The translations under genes and the position numbers were made by a program. A stretch of DNA of 64,000 bases from Escherichia coli (GTDB lineage Bacteria; Pseudomonadota; Gammaproteobacteria; Enterobacterales; Enterobacteriaceae). The notes under the pieces are model-generated. The model was not told the DNA's origin and ran no database searches. It saw nothing but the letters and a program-made list of their open reading frames with translations. Location: NCBI RefSeq assembly GCF_001677475.2, contig NZ_CP015229.1. One strand, written 5' to 3'. This document shows positions 19,082 to 29,666 of the stretch, piece after piece; within the stretch, counting starts at the first letter, position 1; each line of letters opens with the position of its first letter.

Positions 19082-19294
19082 TCATGAAAGGTAAACATTG
19101 GCAGCTGAAGGGCCACGCAGAGCATTTATCCGGCAAAATTCCACGCGTAATCCGGTGGTAATTTCTTCTGCATCGCGGAGATTGAGCGCTGAAACATGAA
19201 GCTGGACATCGATACGACCATCGGATGGGGTGATAAGACCCTTGCCGCTTTTGCCGTCAAAGGTTTTGACAATTCCTGTCATTTTACGGGACAA
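19082..19294 (-). CDS. Cold-shock protein, CspF/CspH-like
   Basis: 70-aa [30 protein letters not shown]...; cold-shock domain; non-ATG start as in K-12 cspH/cspF. Confidence 0.85.
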   Translation of the reverse strand: MSRKMTGIVKTFDGKSGKGLITPSDGRIDVQLHVSALNLRDAEEITTGLRVEFCRINALRGPSAANVYLS

Positions 19295-19594
19295 AAAAAT
19301 TCCTTAATACTGATAACTTGGCGCACTATACACACGTTCCTGAAGAAAGCTATAGTTTTTTGATGGGGTTGAAGATGGCTGGATGTCTAAAATAAACATT
19401 GCTTCATATGTTCAACTATGCGTTAATGATTGCGTCGGTTTGAAGAACAGACGATATACGAAGTAGTTTACTAAAGCAGTTCTCATTTCAGGTGTTATTC
19501 ACTTATTCCTTCTTTGAGTCTCTCCAATTAAGTACGAAGTCGTTTCTGTTATACAAGCCATTTATGCCGAAAGGCTCAAGTTAAGGAATGTAGA

Positions 19595-19810
19595 ATGTCA
19601 AATAAAATGACTGGTTTAGTAAAATGGTTTAACGCTGATAAAGGTTTTGGCTTTATTTCTCCTGTTGATGGTAGTAAAGATGTGTTTGTGCATTTTTCTG
19701 CGATTCAGAATGATAATTTTCGAACCTTATTTGAAGGTCAAAAGGTTACCTTCTCTGTAGAGAGTGGTGCTAAAGGTCCTGCAGCAGCAAATGTCATAAT
19801 TACTGATTAA
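19595..19810 (+). CDS. cspB: Cold-shock protein CspB
   Basis: 71-aa [44 protein letters not shown]...; near-identical to recalled CspB; divergent from the cspF-like gene as in Qin. Confidence 0.9.
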   Translation: MSNKMTGLVKWFNADKGFGFISPVDGSKDVFVHFSAIQNDNFRTLFEGQKVTFSVESGAKGPAAANVIITD

Positions 19811-20092
19811 AATTAATAGTTTGTCTGTATACGATAACGAAGAAGGCTGATGCCTGAGTGGAGATACAGACAGAGTGGTGAATATTGGATCTCTTTAATA
19901 AATAGTAAGGAGATCCAATACATGAAACAATGGCCAGCATATTTGGCAATAACTTAATCAGGAAAAGTATGCTAACCATTGTGGTGAAGTGCAGGTTTGC
20001 TGCATGAATAGTTTTACAGCAGAAGCTAACTGCTAGCATAGCAAAACAAAGTGCGTAAGTGGATGACTCCCACAAAAAGCACCACAATATTA

Positions 20093-20115
20093 AACCCGCT
20101 CAGGCGGGTTTTTTA
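20093..20115 (+). terminator. Rho-independent terminator
   Basis: CCCGC-TCAG-GCGGG followed by TTTTTTATT. Confidence 0.65.
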
Positions 20116-20173
20116 TTATCTGCTTTAAATATGTTATTAAAATATAAAAAATACTTGTTACGAATAAAATCAA

Positions 20174-20344
20174 TCAAGCTACAGCTTTAAGATTTGTCTG
20201 GAATACTTTGTTGCAATGAGGGCAGATCAAAAGAGCACCTTTTTGTACTCTTGAAAAACTGTGTTCTGACTCTTGGGTGCAGTTTGGGCAGGAACATTTA
20301 ACGAGATAATTACGGCGTGATTTTGAGTCTTTACGTTCTGACAT
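20174..20344 (-). CDS. Small zinc-ribbon protein (two CxxC pairs), function unknown
   Basis: MSERKDSKSRRNYLVKCSCPNCTQ...CPHCNKVF; start at internal ATG with SD AGGA; a TGTATA-N8-TATACA palindrome lies just upstream. Confidence 0.45.
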   Translation of the reverse strand: MSERKDSKSRRNYLVKCSCPNCTQESEHSFSRVQKGALLICPHCNKVFQTNLKAVA

Positions 20345-20562
20345 AGGCTTTTCCTGTATAAATGGCCGTATACAGTACACTAAATATGAAAACATATCTC
20401 GTATTATTATTTAATATATGATTTTCTTTTAAAATAATTACCCACATTTTTAATGTGTCTGTTTTTTAGCGCCGTTGAGAACAACGTTTGCTATAAAAAC
20501 TAACCCATAGACTCCGATCTTTTCAAACATATTGCACCATCTGTGTACATCGGGGTGAGGAT

Positions 20563-20778
20563 ATGAAATCAATGGATAAGTTAACAACAGGTATCGCCTA
20601 TGGCACATCGGCTGGTAATGCTGGTTTCTGGGCATTGCAGTTACTCGATAAAGTAACTCCGTCACAGTGGGCTGCAATCGGTGTGCTGGGTAGTCTGGTT
20701 TTTGGCCTGCTGACATATCTGACAAACCTTTATTTCAAGATTAAAGAAGACAGGCGTAAGGTTGCGAGAAGAGAGTAA
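20563..20778 (+). CDS. Holin (phage 21 S / EssD-EssQ class II type)
   Basis: 71-aa ORF with two TM segments and charged C-terminus ([13 protein letters not shown]). Confidence 0.85.
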   Translation: MKSMDKLTTGIAYGTSAGNAGFWALQLLDKVTPSQWAAIGVLGSLVFGLLTYLTNLYFKIKEDRRKVARRE

Positions 20779-20782
20779 TCCA

Positions 20783-21334
20783 ATGACTCAAGACTATGAA
20801 CTGGTTGTGAAAGGAGTTCGCAATTTTGAGAATAAAGTGGCGGTAACTGTAGCCTTACGGGACAAAAAACACTTTGACGGTGAAATTTTTGACCTGGACA
20901 TCTCGCTGGACCGTGTTGAAGGTGCCGCGCTGGAGTTTTATGAGGCAGCAGCCAGAAGGAGCATCAGACAGGTCTTCCTGGATGTTGCTGCCGGGTTATG
21001 TGAAGGGGATGAGCAGTCGCCGGAAAAGCGCCCCATAATTTTAGAGGCGCAGAATGTGTGGATAACCTACAAAGGAAAGCTACCGGGAAGAATTACTGGT
21101 TCTCTGAAGACGCCACCGACGGCATTGCGGTCAGAAAAAGATGATATTGAATCGCCCATTGAAAAACTGGAGGGCAGCGTCGCTGATCTGAATAAAAAAT
21201 TGTCGGTGCTGATTCCTTCTGAAGATGAAAAAAAACGCCGCGATGAGCAGTTTGCGGCGTTTTACGATTATTGCATTGAAGTTACTCGCAGGAATTTTGT
21301 GAAGATTTTTGAGGAGGGTAAATCTCTTCAGTAA
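20783..21334 (+). CDS. Hypothetical protein between holin and endolysin
   Basis: 184 aa from ATG at 20783 (MTQDYELVVKGV...); no recognised motif; possibly YdfR-position gene. Confidence 0.4.
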   Translation: MTQDYELVVKGVRNFENKVAVTVALRDKKHFDGEIFDLDISLDRVEGAALEFYEAAARRSIRQVFLDVAAGLCEGDEQSPEKRPIILEAQNVWITYKGKLPGRITGSLKTPPTALRSEKDDIESPIEKLEGSVADLNKKLSVLIPSEDEKKRRDEQFAAFYDYCIEVTRRNFVKIFEEGKSLQ

Positions 21335-21542
21335 GCTTATTGGCGGACGCTGCAATTAATTCAGGAAGGTCCGCAAGGTCATCTGTCAGTGGATATGATG
21401 AAAAATCGGCGGCAGTTCTGTTAAGAAGCGCTTTAACTAATTCCTTTTCCTTCTCCGGCAACAAGTTGATTAGAGCTACGACTGCTTGCCTGAGTGCGAT
21501 TAAATCAGCAAAAGTTTGTTTTGGTAGATTTGTGTAATCCAT
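21282..21542 (-). CDS. Hypothetical 86-aa protein, convergent and 3'-overlapping the preceding ORF
   Basis: Minus-strand ATG preceded by SD GAGGCG; non-repetitive protein-like composition. Confidence 0.35.
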   Translation of the reverse strand: MDYTNLPKQTFADLIALRQAVVALINLLPEKEKELVKALLNRTAADFSSYPLTDDLADLPELIAASANKLTEEIYPPQKSSQNSCE

Positions 21543-21655
21543 AGTCGCCTCGGTGTTTATCAGATTGACATCCTCCTCCCGCCAGTGCCCATCACTGGTG
21601 AGGTAAGATTTAACATATCCGGGGATTTGAAGCCGATAAATCCTGATAAATATCC

Positions 21656-22683
<1,028 letters not shown>

Positions 22684-23045
22684 ATTAATATTAAATCGGA
22701 TTATTTTTAGCGCTGAATGTGAAATTTAAATAAAAAGGACTCTTCCATGAGTCAAAATCCTTGAAATCTTAAGGGTAAGATAAAAGGTCATTAGACAGAA
22801 TGACACGTTTTATTAATAAATAAAGCTATTGTTTCATTCGTGTGTTTTTCTTTACAAAAGTAATCCTTGCTATGGTTGGTTAATCATGCGTTAATGGTGT
22901 TCTGGTTTGTTACAAAATTATCTGAAGCAGTCATTGTTATAATTTTATTATTTGTACCTCTTGAGATTTCCTTGTTGGTTTTTCTCTCTGATATTTTTTT
23001 CGGACCATTCTGCCCAAGGGCTAACTTCTTCAAAAGGTAATAATG

Positions 23046-23258
23046 ATGTCTAACAAAATGACTGGTTTAGTGAAATGGTTTAACCCTGAAAAAGGTTTTG
23101 GTTTCATCACGCCGAAAGATGGTAGCAAAGATGTGTTTGTCCATTTCTCAGCTATTCAGAGCAACGATTTCAAAACGTTAACTGAGAATCAGGAAGTCGA
23201 ATTTGGTATTGAGAACGGACCTAAAGGCCCCGCGGCTGTTCATGTTGTGGCACTTTGA
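23046..23258 (+). CDS. cspI: Cold-shock protein CspI
   Basis: [70 protein letters not shown] matches recalled CspI. Confidence 0.9.
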   Translation: MSNKMTGLVKWFNPEKGFGFITPKDGSKDVFVHFSAIQSNDFKTLTENQEVEFGIENGPKGPAAVHVVAL

Positions 23259-23461
23259 GGTAGAAAATATTACAAACCATATTCACTTTAGATGCCCGTG
23301 TTGCCATGGTTCTCAGTATAGAACATCATCTTTTGATGTTTCTGACAGGAATCCTTTCGGGGCAAAATGTATCTTTTGTAAATCAATGATGATTACATTT
23401 GATAATATTTCACAATACTTAAATGTTAGCCGTCTGTCGTTAGATTTAAGAAAGTGAAAAT

Positions 23462-23486
23462 GAAGGCTCCTTCGGGAGCTTTTTTG
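23462..23486 (+). terminator. Rho-independent terminator after cspI
   Basis: GGCTCC-TTCG-GGAGC followed by TTTTTTG. Confidence 0.7.
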
Positions 23487-23490
23487 CTTA

Positions 23491-23760
23491 GTGTCTAGTC
23501 GATGGATACTCACATATTACGGTAACATTATGAAAAAAATAATAGTTTTTTTTAACTCTGAACCAGCAATGGTAGTGCCAGTGATGACCGGAGTTAACAC
23601 CATCATGCGTGAATATCCAAATGGCGAAACAACACACCTCACTGTAATGGCTGCAGGGTTTCCATCTCTGACCGGAGATCATAAAGTCATTTATGTAGCA
23701 GCGGATCGACATGTAACTTCAGAAGAAATTCTGGAAGCAGCAATGAGACTCTTGAATTGA
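23491..23760 (+). CDS. Hypothetical small protein
   Basis: 89-codon ORF; start uncertain; no recognised motif. Confidence 0.3.
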   Translation: MSSRWILTYYGNIMKKIIVFFNSEPAMVVPVMTGVNTIMREYPNGETTHLTVMAAGFPSLTGDHKVIYVAADRHVTSEEILEAAMRLLN

Positions 23761-23932
23761 TTTGATTCTAATGCATTGATAATAAATGATAATCATCTTT
23801 ATCTGTTTGTGTGAAATTTAGACCGTCGTATGTTGATTATTGCGATGTTTCATCTTATCTTTTATACGTTTGCTCCATATAATTGACACTACTGTGTACC
23901 AGGAAAGTCATAACAGACTAAAAGAGGAAATG

Positions 23933-24106
23933 ATGAACATTGAAGAGTTAAAAACAAAAACAGAAGCAGATATTTCTGAATATATAACAAAAAAAATCAT
24001 TGAGCTTAAGAAAAAGACCGGGAAAGAAGTTACCAGTATCCAGTTTACTGCACGGGAAAAAATGACTGGTCTTGAAAGCTATGATATCAAGATTGATTTA
24101 ATCTAG
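23933..24106 (+). CDS. gnsB: GnsA/GnsB-family small protein
   Basis: MNIEELKTKTEADISEYITKKIIELKKKTGKEVTSIQFTAREKMTGLESYDIKIDLI resembles GnsB; SD AGAGGA upstream. Confidence 0.75.
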   Translation: MNIEELKTKTEADISEYITKKIIELKKKTGKEVTSIQFTAREKMTGLESYDIKIDLI

Positions 24107-24401
24107 TCTGTTTATAGTATTAGCATCAATTTCTTGTCAGATGCTATTCAACAATACAATTTACCCATAAACCTCGTTTTTACGGGGTTTTGTTATATTT
24201 AAACATTACCGAATAGATATAAATCTCGATAGTCGGTGGTATTGGTTGTGTGACAATACCTAGTCTTTTCGGTATGCCTGGAGAGAATACAAACGACAGA
24301 TTATGTAAGGGAAACGCGCTGAAACTTTCACACTTTCATGCTGAGTGATTTGACGTTATATTTTTAGCCGCAAGTGAAGAGCAAACGCATGGAGCGACAA
24401 A

Positions 24402-24608
24402 ATGCATAAAGATCAATACACTGATGACTCATCCCTGGATCAGGTCCGTGTAAAAACTATGCTCACTAGCACCATTTCTATGAGTTATCCGGATGTTGTA
24501 ATTGCATGTATAGAACATCAAGTGTCTCTGGAAGCATTCAGGGCAATTGAGGCAGCGTTGGTGAAGCACGATAAGAATTCGAAGGATTATTCCCTGGTGG
24601 TTGACTGA
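24402..24608 (+). CDS. Hypothetical small protein
   Basis: 68-aa ORF, no recognised motif. Confidence 0.3.
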   Translation: MHKDQYTDDSSLDQVRVKTMLTSTISMSYPDVVIACIEHQVSLEAFRAIEAALVKHDKNSKDYSLVVD

Positions 24609-24858
24609 TCACCATAACTGCTAACCATTCAAACTATTTCACCTGTGACAGAGTCAATATCGCATTCTGTCACTGTCAGGCTAATACAGAACTACAATTC
24701 AACTACTGCAATGCCTCGTAATTAGGTGAATTTACAATATCGTCCTGTTCGGATGCCAACTGCATTTCTGAGGATAAGGCGTTTATGACTCACATATTTG
24801 TCCCACACGCTCGCCAGTCCTGTGCGGGGTGGGAGGGGAGGTAAAGAAACCGGGATGT

Positions 24859-25053
24859 TCATCCATCATCACTTTGGATTGATGTATATGCTCTCTTTTC
24901 TGACGTTAGTCTCCGACGGCAGGCTTCAATGACCCAGGCTGAGAAATTCCCAGACCCTTTTTGCTCAAGAGCGATGTTAATTTGTTCAATCATTTGGTTA
25001 GGAAAGCGGATGTTGCGGGTTGTTGTTCTGCAGGTTCTGTTCTTCGTTGACAT
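24859..25053 (-). CDS. Small DNA-binding protein (DUF3950-like) upstream of cos
   Basis: 64-aa ORF MSTKNRTCRTTTRNIRFPNQMIEQINIALEQKGSGNFSAWVIEACRRRL, ribbon-helix-helix-like pattern. Confidence 0.5.
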   Translation of the reverse strand: MSTKNRTCRTTTRNIRFPNQMIEQINIALEQKGSGNFSAWVIEACRRRLTSEKRAYTSIQSDDG

Positions 25054-25239
25054 GAGGTTGCCCCGTATTCAGTGTCGCTGATTTGTATTGTCTGAAGTTG
25101 TTTTTACGTTAAGTTGATGCAGATCAATTAATACGATACCTGCGTCATAATTGATTATTTGACGTGGTTTGATGGCGTAGATGCACGTTGTGACATGTAG
25201 ATGATAATTATTATCATTTTGCGGGTCCTTTCCGGCGAT

Positions 25240-25330
25240 CCGACAGGTTACGGGGCGGCGACCTCGCGGTTTTTCGCTATTTATGAGATTTTTTGAGGGG
25301 GTGGTTGTTGTTTAATTGTTTGGTATATCT
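25240..25330. other. cos site; cosN cohesive end GGGCGGCGACCT at about 25253..25264
   Basis: Sequence ACAGGTTACG|GGGCGGCGACCT|CGCGGTTTTTCGCTATTTATGA matches the lambda cos junction from memory. Confidence 0.8.
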
Positions 25331-25480
25331 AATTGATAAGTAAGGTGAAAATAAAATAAATACAACAACCTTACGATGTGCTTTGATGTCATTAATGTGA
25401 AAAAATTAAATGATATCAAATGGTTTTGTAAAAACACATGGTTGTTGTATCGCTTTTTATCGATGACTTATGGAGAGGAG

Positions 25481-25987
25481 ATGGCCTTTTTATTGAATAA
25501 AAGTGATATGGCCTCCTCCATCGGTATCTCTGTTCAGGCATTTGATAAATGGGGCGTTCCTCCTGTCGAGCGTCGGGGGAGGGAAGTTTTTTATGACGTT
25601 AAAACTGTACTGGAGATAGATCGCGAGCGGCGACAACACAATCATAGAACACCTGATGACGGGGGCGATCTGGAGGAAAGGCTGCTTCGGGCCAGAGCTG
25701 AACTGACAGAAGAACAGGCCGTAGCTCAAAAACTTAAAAATCAGGTAACCGAAGGTAAGCTCATCGATTCAGACTTCTGCGTTTTCGCCCTCAGCAAGCT
25801 GGCGATGGCATTGTCCAGTACGCTTGATTCTATTCCGTTATCCATGCAGCGACAGTTCCCGGATTTAACGCCACGTCATCTTGACCATCTGAAAACCCTT
25901 ATTGCGAAGGGCGCAAATCAGTGTGCGCGGGCAGGGGATAAATTACCGGATTTGCTGGATGAATATATCAGAGCAACAACTGAATAA
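25481..25987 (+). CDS. nu1: Terminase small subunit Nu1
   Basis: Lambda Nu1-like; start at ATG with SD GGAGAGGAG in the track frame. Confidence 0.85.
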   Translation: MAFLLNKSDMASSIGISVQAFDKWGVPPVERRGREVFYDVKTVLEIDRERRQHNHRTPDDGGDLEERLLRARAELTEEQAVAQKLKNQVTEGKLIDSDFCVFALSKLAMALSSTLDSIPLSMQRQFPDLTPRHLDHLKTLIAKGANQCARAGDKLPDLLDEYIRATTE

Positions 25988-27887
25988 TCTGATGGCTGCC
26001 GTTTCGGTTGCGCTGCAGCCTCTGGTCAGGGTTGTACCGATGACGGCAGTTGAATGGGCTGACCAGTATTATTATCTGCCGAAAGAATCCTCATACGGTG
26101 ACGGCGAATGGAAAACGCTGCCGTTCCAGATCGCCATCATGAACAGTATGGGGAATGATCAGATCCGCACTGTTAATCTGATTAAATCTGCCCGTGTTGG
26201 CTATACAAAGATGTTGCTGGGGGTGGTCGGGTATTTTATTGAGCATAAATCCCGAAACAGTCTGCTTTTTCAGCCCACGGATTCTGCCGCTGAAGATTTT
26301 ATGAAGTCTCACGTGGAGACGACGATTAGGGACGTGCCATGCCTGAAAGACCTTTCCCCATGGCTGGGTCGTAAACATCGTGATAATACCCTCACGCTGA
26401 AACGCTTTTCATCGGGCGTCGGTTTCTGGTGCCTGGGCGGCGCTGCCGCCAAAAACTACCGTGAAAAATCCGTGGATGTGGTCTGCTATGACGAACTTTC
26501 CTCGTTCGAACCGGATGTTGAAAAAGAGGGTTCGCCAACCCTGCTGGGGGATAAACGTATTGAGGGCTCTGTATGGCCAAAATCCATTCGCGGCTCGACG
26601 CCTAAAATCAAAGGCTCCTGCCAGATCGAAAAAGCCGCTAACGAGTCGGCACATTTCATGCGTTTTTATGTGCCCTGTCCGCACTGTGGGGGGGAGCAGT
26701 ATCTGAAATTTGGCGATGATGCCTCGCCTTTCGGTCTTAAGTGGGAGAAGAATAAGCCAGAAAGTGTTTTCTACCTTTGTGAGCATCATGGCTGTGTGAT
26801 CCATCAGTCTGAGCTTGACCAGAGTAACGGGCGGTGGATCTGTGAAAACACGGGCATGTGGACCCGTGACGGCCTGATGTTTTTCAGCGCCCGGGGTGAT
26901 GAAATTCCGCCGCCGCGCTCCATCACTTTCCATATCTGGACGGCGTACAGTCCGTTCACCACCTGGGTACAGATTGTCTATGACTGGCTGGATGCACTGA
27001 AAGATCCCAACGGCCTGAAAACCTTTGTGAACACCACGCTGGGCGAGACCTACGAAGAGGCCGTGGGCGAAAAACTCGATCACCAGGTACTGATGGATAA
27101 GGTTGTGCGTTACACGGCGGCGGTGCCTGCCCGGGTGGTTTATCTGACGGCCGGCATTGACTCGCAGCGAAACCGTTTTGAGATGTATGTCTGGGGATGG
27201 GCTCCGGGAGAGGAAGCCTTTCTGGTGGATAAAATCATCATTATGGGGCGTCCCGATGAGGAAGAGACGCTGTTACGTGTGGATGCGGCGATCAACAAAA
27301 AATACCGCCATGCAGACGGAACCGAAATGACCATTTCCCGTGTCTGCTGGGACATCGGGGGGATCGATGGCGAAATCGTTTATCAGAGGTCAAAAAAACA
27401 CGGTGTTTTCCGGGTGCTGCCGGTAAAAGGCGCATCTGTCTATGGCAAGCCGGTGATCACCATGCCAAAAACCCGCAATCAGCGGGGCGTGTATCTGTGT
27501 GAAGTGGGGACGGACACCGCAAAAGAAATTCTCTATGCCCGTATGAGAGCCGATCCCACGCCTGCGGATGAAGCCACGTCGTATGCCATCCGTTTTCCTG
27601 ATGATCCGGAGATTTTTTCGCAGACAGAGGCGCAGCAACTGGTGGCGGAAGAGCTTGTGGAGAAGTGGGAAAAAGGAAAGATGCGTCTGCTGTGGGATAA
27701 CAAAAAGCGGCGTAACGAAGCGCTGGACTGCCTGGTGTATGCCTACGCGGCATTACGTGTGTCCGTGCAACGTTGGCAGCTTGATCTGGCTGTACTGGCA
27801 AAATCCCGGGAAGAAGAGACGACCCGGCCAACCCTTAAAGAACTGGCAGCGAAGCTGTCCGGAGGAGTGAATGGTTACAGTCGCTGA
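25959..27887 (+). CDS. A: Terminase large subunit A
   Basis: MNISEQQLNNL... with strong recalled similarity to lambda gpA (Walker A and endonuclease regions). Confidence 0.92.
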   Translation: MNISEQQLNNLMAAVSVALQPLVRVVPMTAVEWADQYYYLPKESSYGDGEWKTLPFQIAIMNSMGNDQIRTVNLIKSARVGYTKMLLGVVGYFIEHKSRNSLLFQPTDSAAEDFMKSHVETTIRDVPCLKDLSPWLGRKHRDNTLTLKRFSSGVGFWCLGGAAAKNYREKSVDVVCYDELSSFEPDVEKEGSPTLLGDKRIEGSVWPKSIRGSTPKIKGSCQIEKAANESAHFMRFYVPCPHCGGEQYLKFGDDASPFGLKWEKNKPESVFYLCEHHGCVIHQSELDQSNGRWICENTGMWTRDGLMFFSARGDEIPPPRSITFHIWTAYSPFTTWVQIVYDWLDALKDPNGLKTFVNTTLGETYEEAVGEKLDHQVLMDKVVRYTAAVPARVVYLTAGIDSQRNRFEMYVWGWAPGEEAFLVDKIIIMGRPDEEETLLRVDAAINKKYRHADGTEMTISRVCWDIGGIDGEIVYQRSKKHGVFRVLPVKGASVYGKPVITMPKTRNQRGVYLCEVGTDTAKEILYARMRADPTPADEATSYAIRFPDDPEIFSQTEAQQLVAEELVEKWEKGKMRLLWDNKKRRNEALDCLVYAYAALRVSVQRWQLDLAVLAKSREEETTRPTLKELAAKLSGGVNGYSR

Positions 27888-28077
27888 ACTGCAGGCGCTG
27901 CGTCAGGCGCGCCTTGATTTATTAACCGGTAAACGGGTGGTGTCTGTCCAGAAAGATGGTCGCAGAATTGAATATACGGCGGCTTCTCTGGATGAGCTTA
28001 ACCGGGCGATCAATGATGCGGAGTCGGTACTGGGGACAACCCGACGTCGCCGTCGTCCGCTGGGAGTGAGGTTATGA
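27871..28077 (+). CDS. W: Head-tail joining protein W
   Basis: 68-aa lambda W-like (TGKRVVSVQKDGRRIEYTA). Confidence 0.85.
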   Translation: MVTVAELQALRQARLDLLTGKRVVSVQKDGRRIEYTAASLDELNRAINDAESVLGTTRRRRRPLGVRL

Positions 28078-29666
28078 AACGAACGCCTGTCCTGATTGAT
28101 GTGAACGGTGTTCCGCTTCGTGAGAGTCTCAGCTACAACGGGGGCGGCGCAGGATTTGGCGGGCAAATGGCGGAGTGGTTGCCACCGGCGCAGAGTGCCG
28201 ATGCGGCCCTGCTGCCCGCGTTGCGTCTGGGGAATGCCCGGGCAGATGATCTGGTGCGCAATAACGGAATAGCGGCTAATGCGGTTGCCCTGCATAAGGA
28301 TCACATTGTCGGGCATATGTTTCTGATCAGCTACCGTCCGAACTGGCGCTGGCTGGGGATGCGGGAGACCGCAGCAAAAAGCTTTGTCGATGAGGTGGAG
28401 GCGTCCTGGTCGGAATACGCCGAAGGGATGTTTGGCGAGATCGACGTGGAAGGAAAACGCACGTTCACGGAATTTATCCGTGAAGGTGTGGGCGTTCATG
28501 CGTTTAACGGCGAAATCTTTGTGCAGCCGGTCTGGGATACGGAAACCACGCAGTTATTCCGTACGCGTTTTAAAGCTGTGAGTCCGAAACGGGTGGACAC
28601 GCCTGGACACGGTATGGGGAACCGTTTTCTGCGGGCCGGTGTGGAGGTCGATCGATATGGCCGTGCCGTCGCGTACCATATCTGTGAGGATGATTTTCCG
28701 TTCTCTGGTAGTGGACGATGGGAACGGATCCCGCGTGAACTTCCCACCGGGCGTCCGGCCATGCTGCATATTTTCGAGCCGGTGGAGGACGGGCAGACCC
28801 GTGGGGCTAATCAGTTTTACAGCGTCATGGAACGGCTGAAGATGCTCGATTCCCTGCAGGCAACACAGCTTCAGTCGGCCATAGTGAAGGCGATGTATGC
28901 AGCGACGATTGAAAGTGAACTTGATACCGAAAAGGCCTTTGAATATATCGCCGGCGCGCCACAGGAGCAGAAGGATAATCCGCTTATTAATATTCTGGAG
29001 AAGTTCTCCAGCTGGTATGACACGAATAACGTGACACTGGGCGGAGTCAAAATTCCGCACCTTTTCCCTGGTGATGATCTGAAACTACAGACTGCGCAGG
29101 ATTCAGACAATGGATTTTCTGCACTTGAACAGGCGCTGCTGCGGTATATCGCCGCCGGTCTTGGCGTTTCCTACGAACAGTTGTCCCGTGATTACTCGAA
29201 GGTCAGTTACTCAAGTGCCCGCGCCTCCGCCAATGAGTCGTGGCGCTATTTTATGGGGCGGCGAAAATTTATTGCGGCCCGGCTGGCCACGCAGATGTTT
29301 TCCTGCTGGCTGGAAGAGGCACTTCTTCGGGGGATTATTCGTCCGCCACGGGCACGTTTTGATTTTTATCAGGCGCGATCAGCCTGGTCACGGGCAGAGT
29401 GGATTGGTGCCGGAAGAATGGCCATTGACGGGCTCAAGGAAGTCCAGGAATCAGTGATGCGCATTGAGGCCGGACTGAGCACGTATGAGAAAGAGCTGGC
29501 GCTAATGGGCGAGGATTATCAGGACATTTTCCGCCAGCAGGTCAGGGAATCTGCAGAGCGGCAAAAAGCCGGACTCTCACGTCCGGTGTGGATATCGCAG
29601 GCGTATCAGCAGCAGATAGCGGAGAGTCGCAGGCCGGAAGAGGAGACAACACCACGTGAGACGTAA
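28074..29666 (+). CDS. B: Portal protein B
   Basis: 530-aa lambda gpB-like; packaging gene order. Confidence 0.9.
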   Translation: MKRTPVLIDVNGVPLRESLSYNGGGAGFGGQMAEWLPPAQSADAALLPALRLGNARADDLVRNNGIAANAVALHKDHIVGHMFLISYRPNWRWLGMRETAAKSFVDEVEASWSEYAEGMFGEIDVEGKRTFTEFIREGVGVHAFNGEIFVQPVWDTETTQLFRTRFKAVSPKRVDTPGHGMGNRFLRAGVEVDRYGRAVAYHICEDDFPFSGSGRWERIPRELPTGRPAMLHIFEPVEDGQTRGANQFYSVMERLKMLDSLQATQLQSAIVKAMYAATIESELDTEKAFEYIAGAPQEQKDNPLINILEKFSSWYDTNNVTLGGVKIPHLFPGDDLKLQTAQDSDNGFSALEQALLRYIAAGLGVSYEQLSRDYSKVSYSSARASANESWRYFMGRRKFIAARLATQMFSCWLEEALLRGIIRPPRARFDFYQARSAWSRAEWIGAGRMAIDGLKEVQESVMRIEAGLSTYEKELALMGEDYQDIFRQQVRESAERQKAGLSRPVWISQAYQQQIAESRRPEEETTPRET

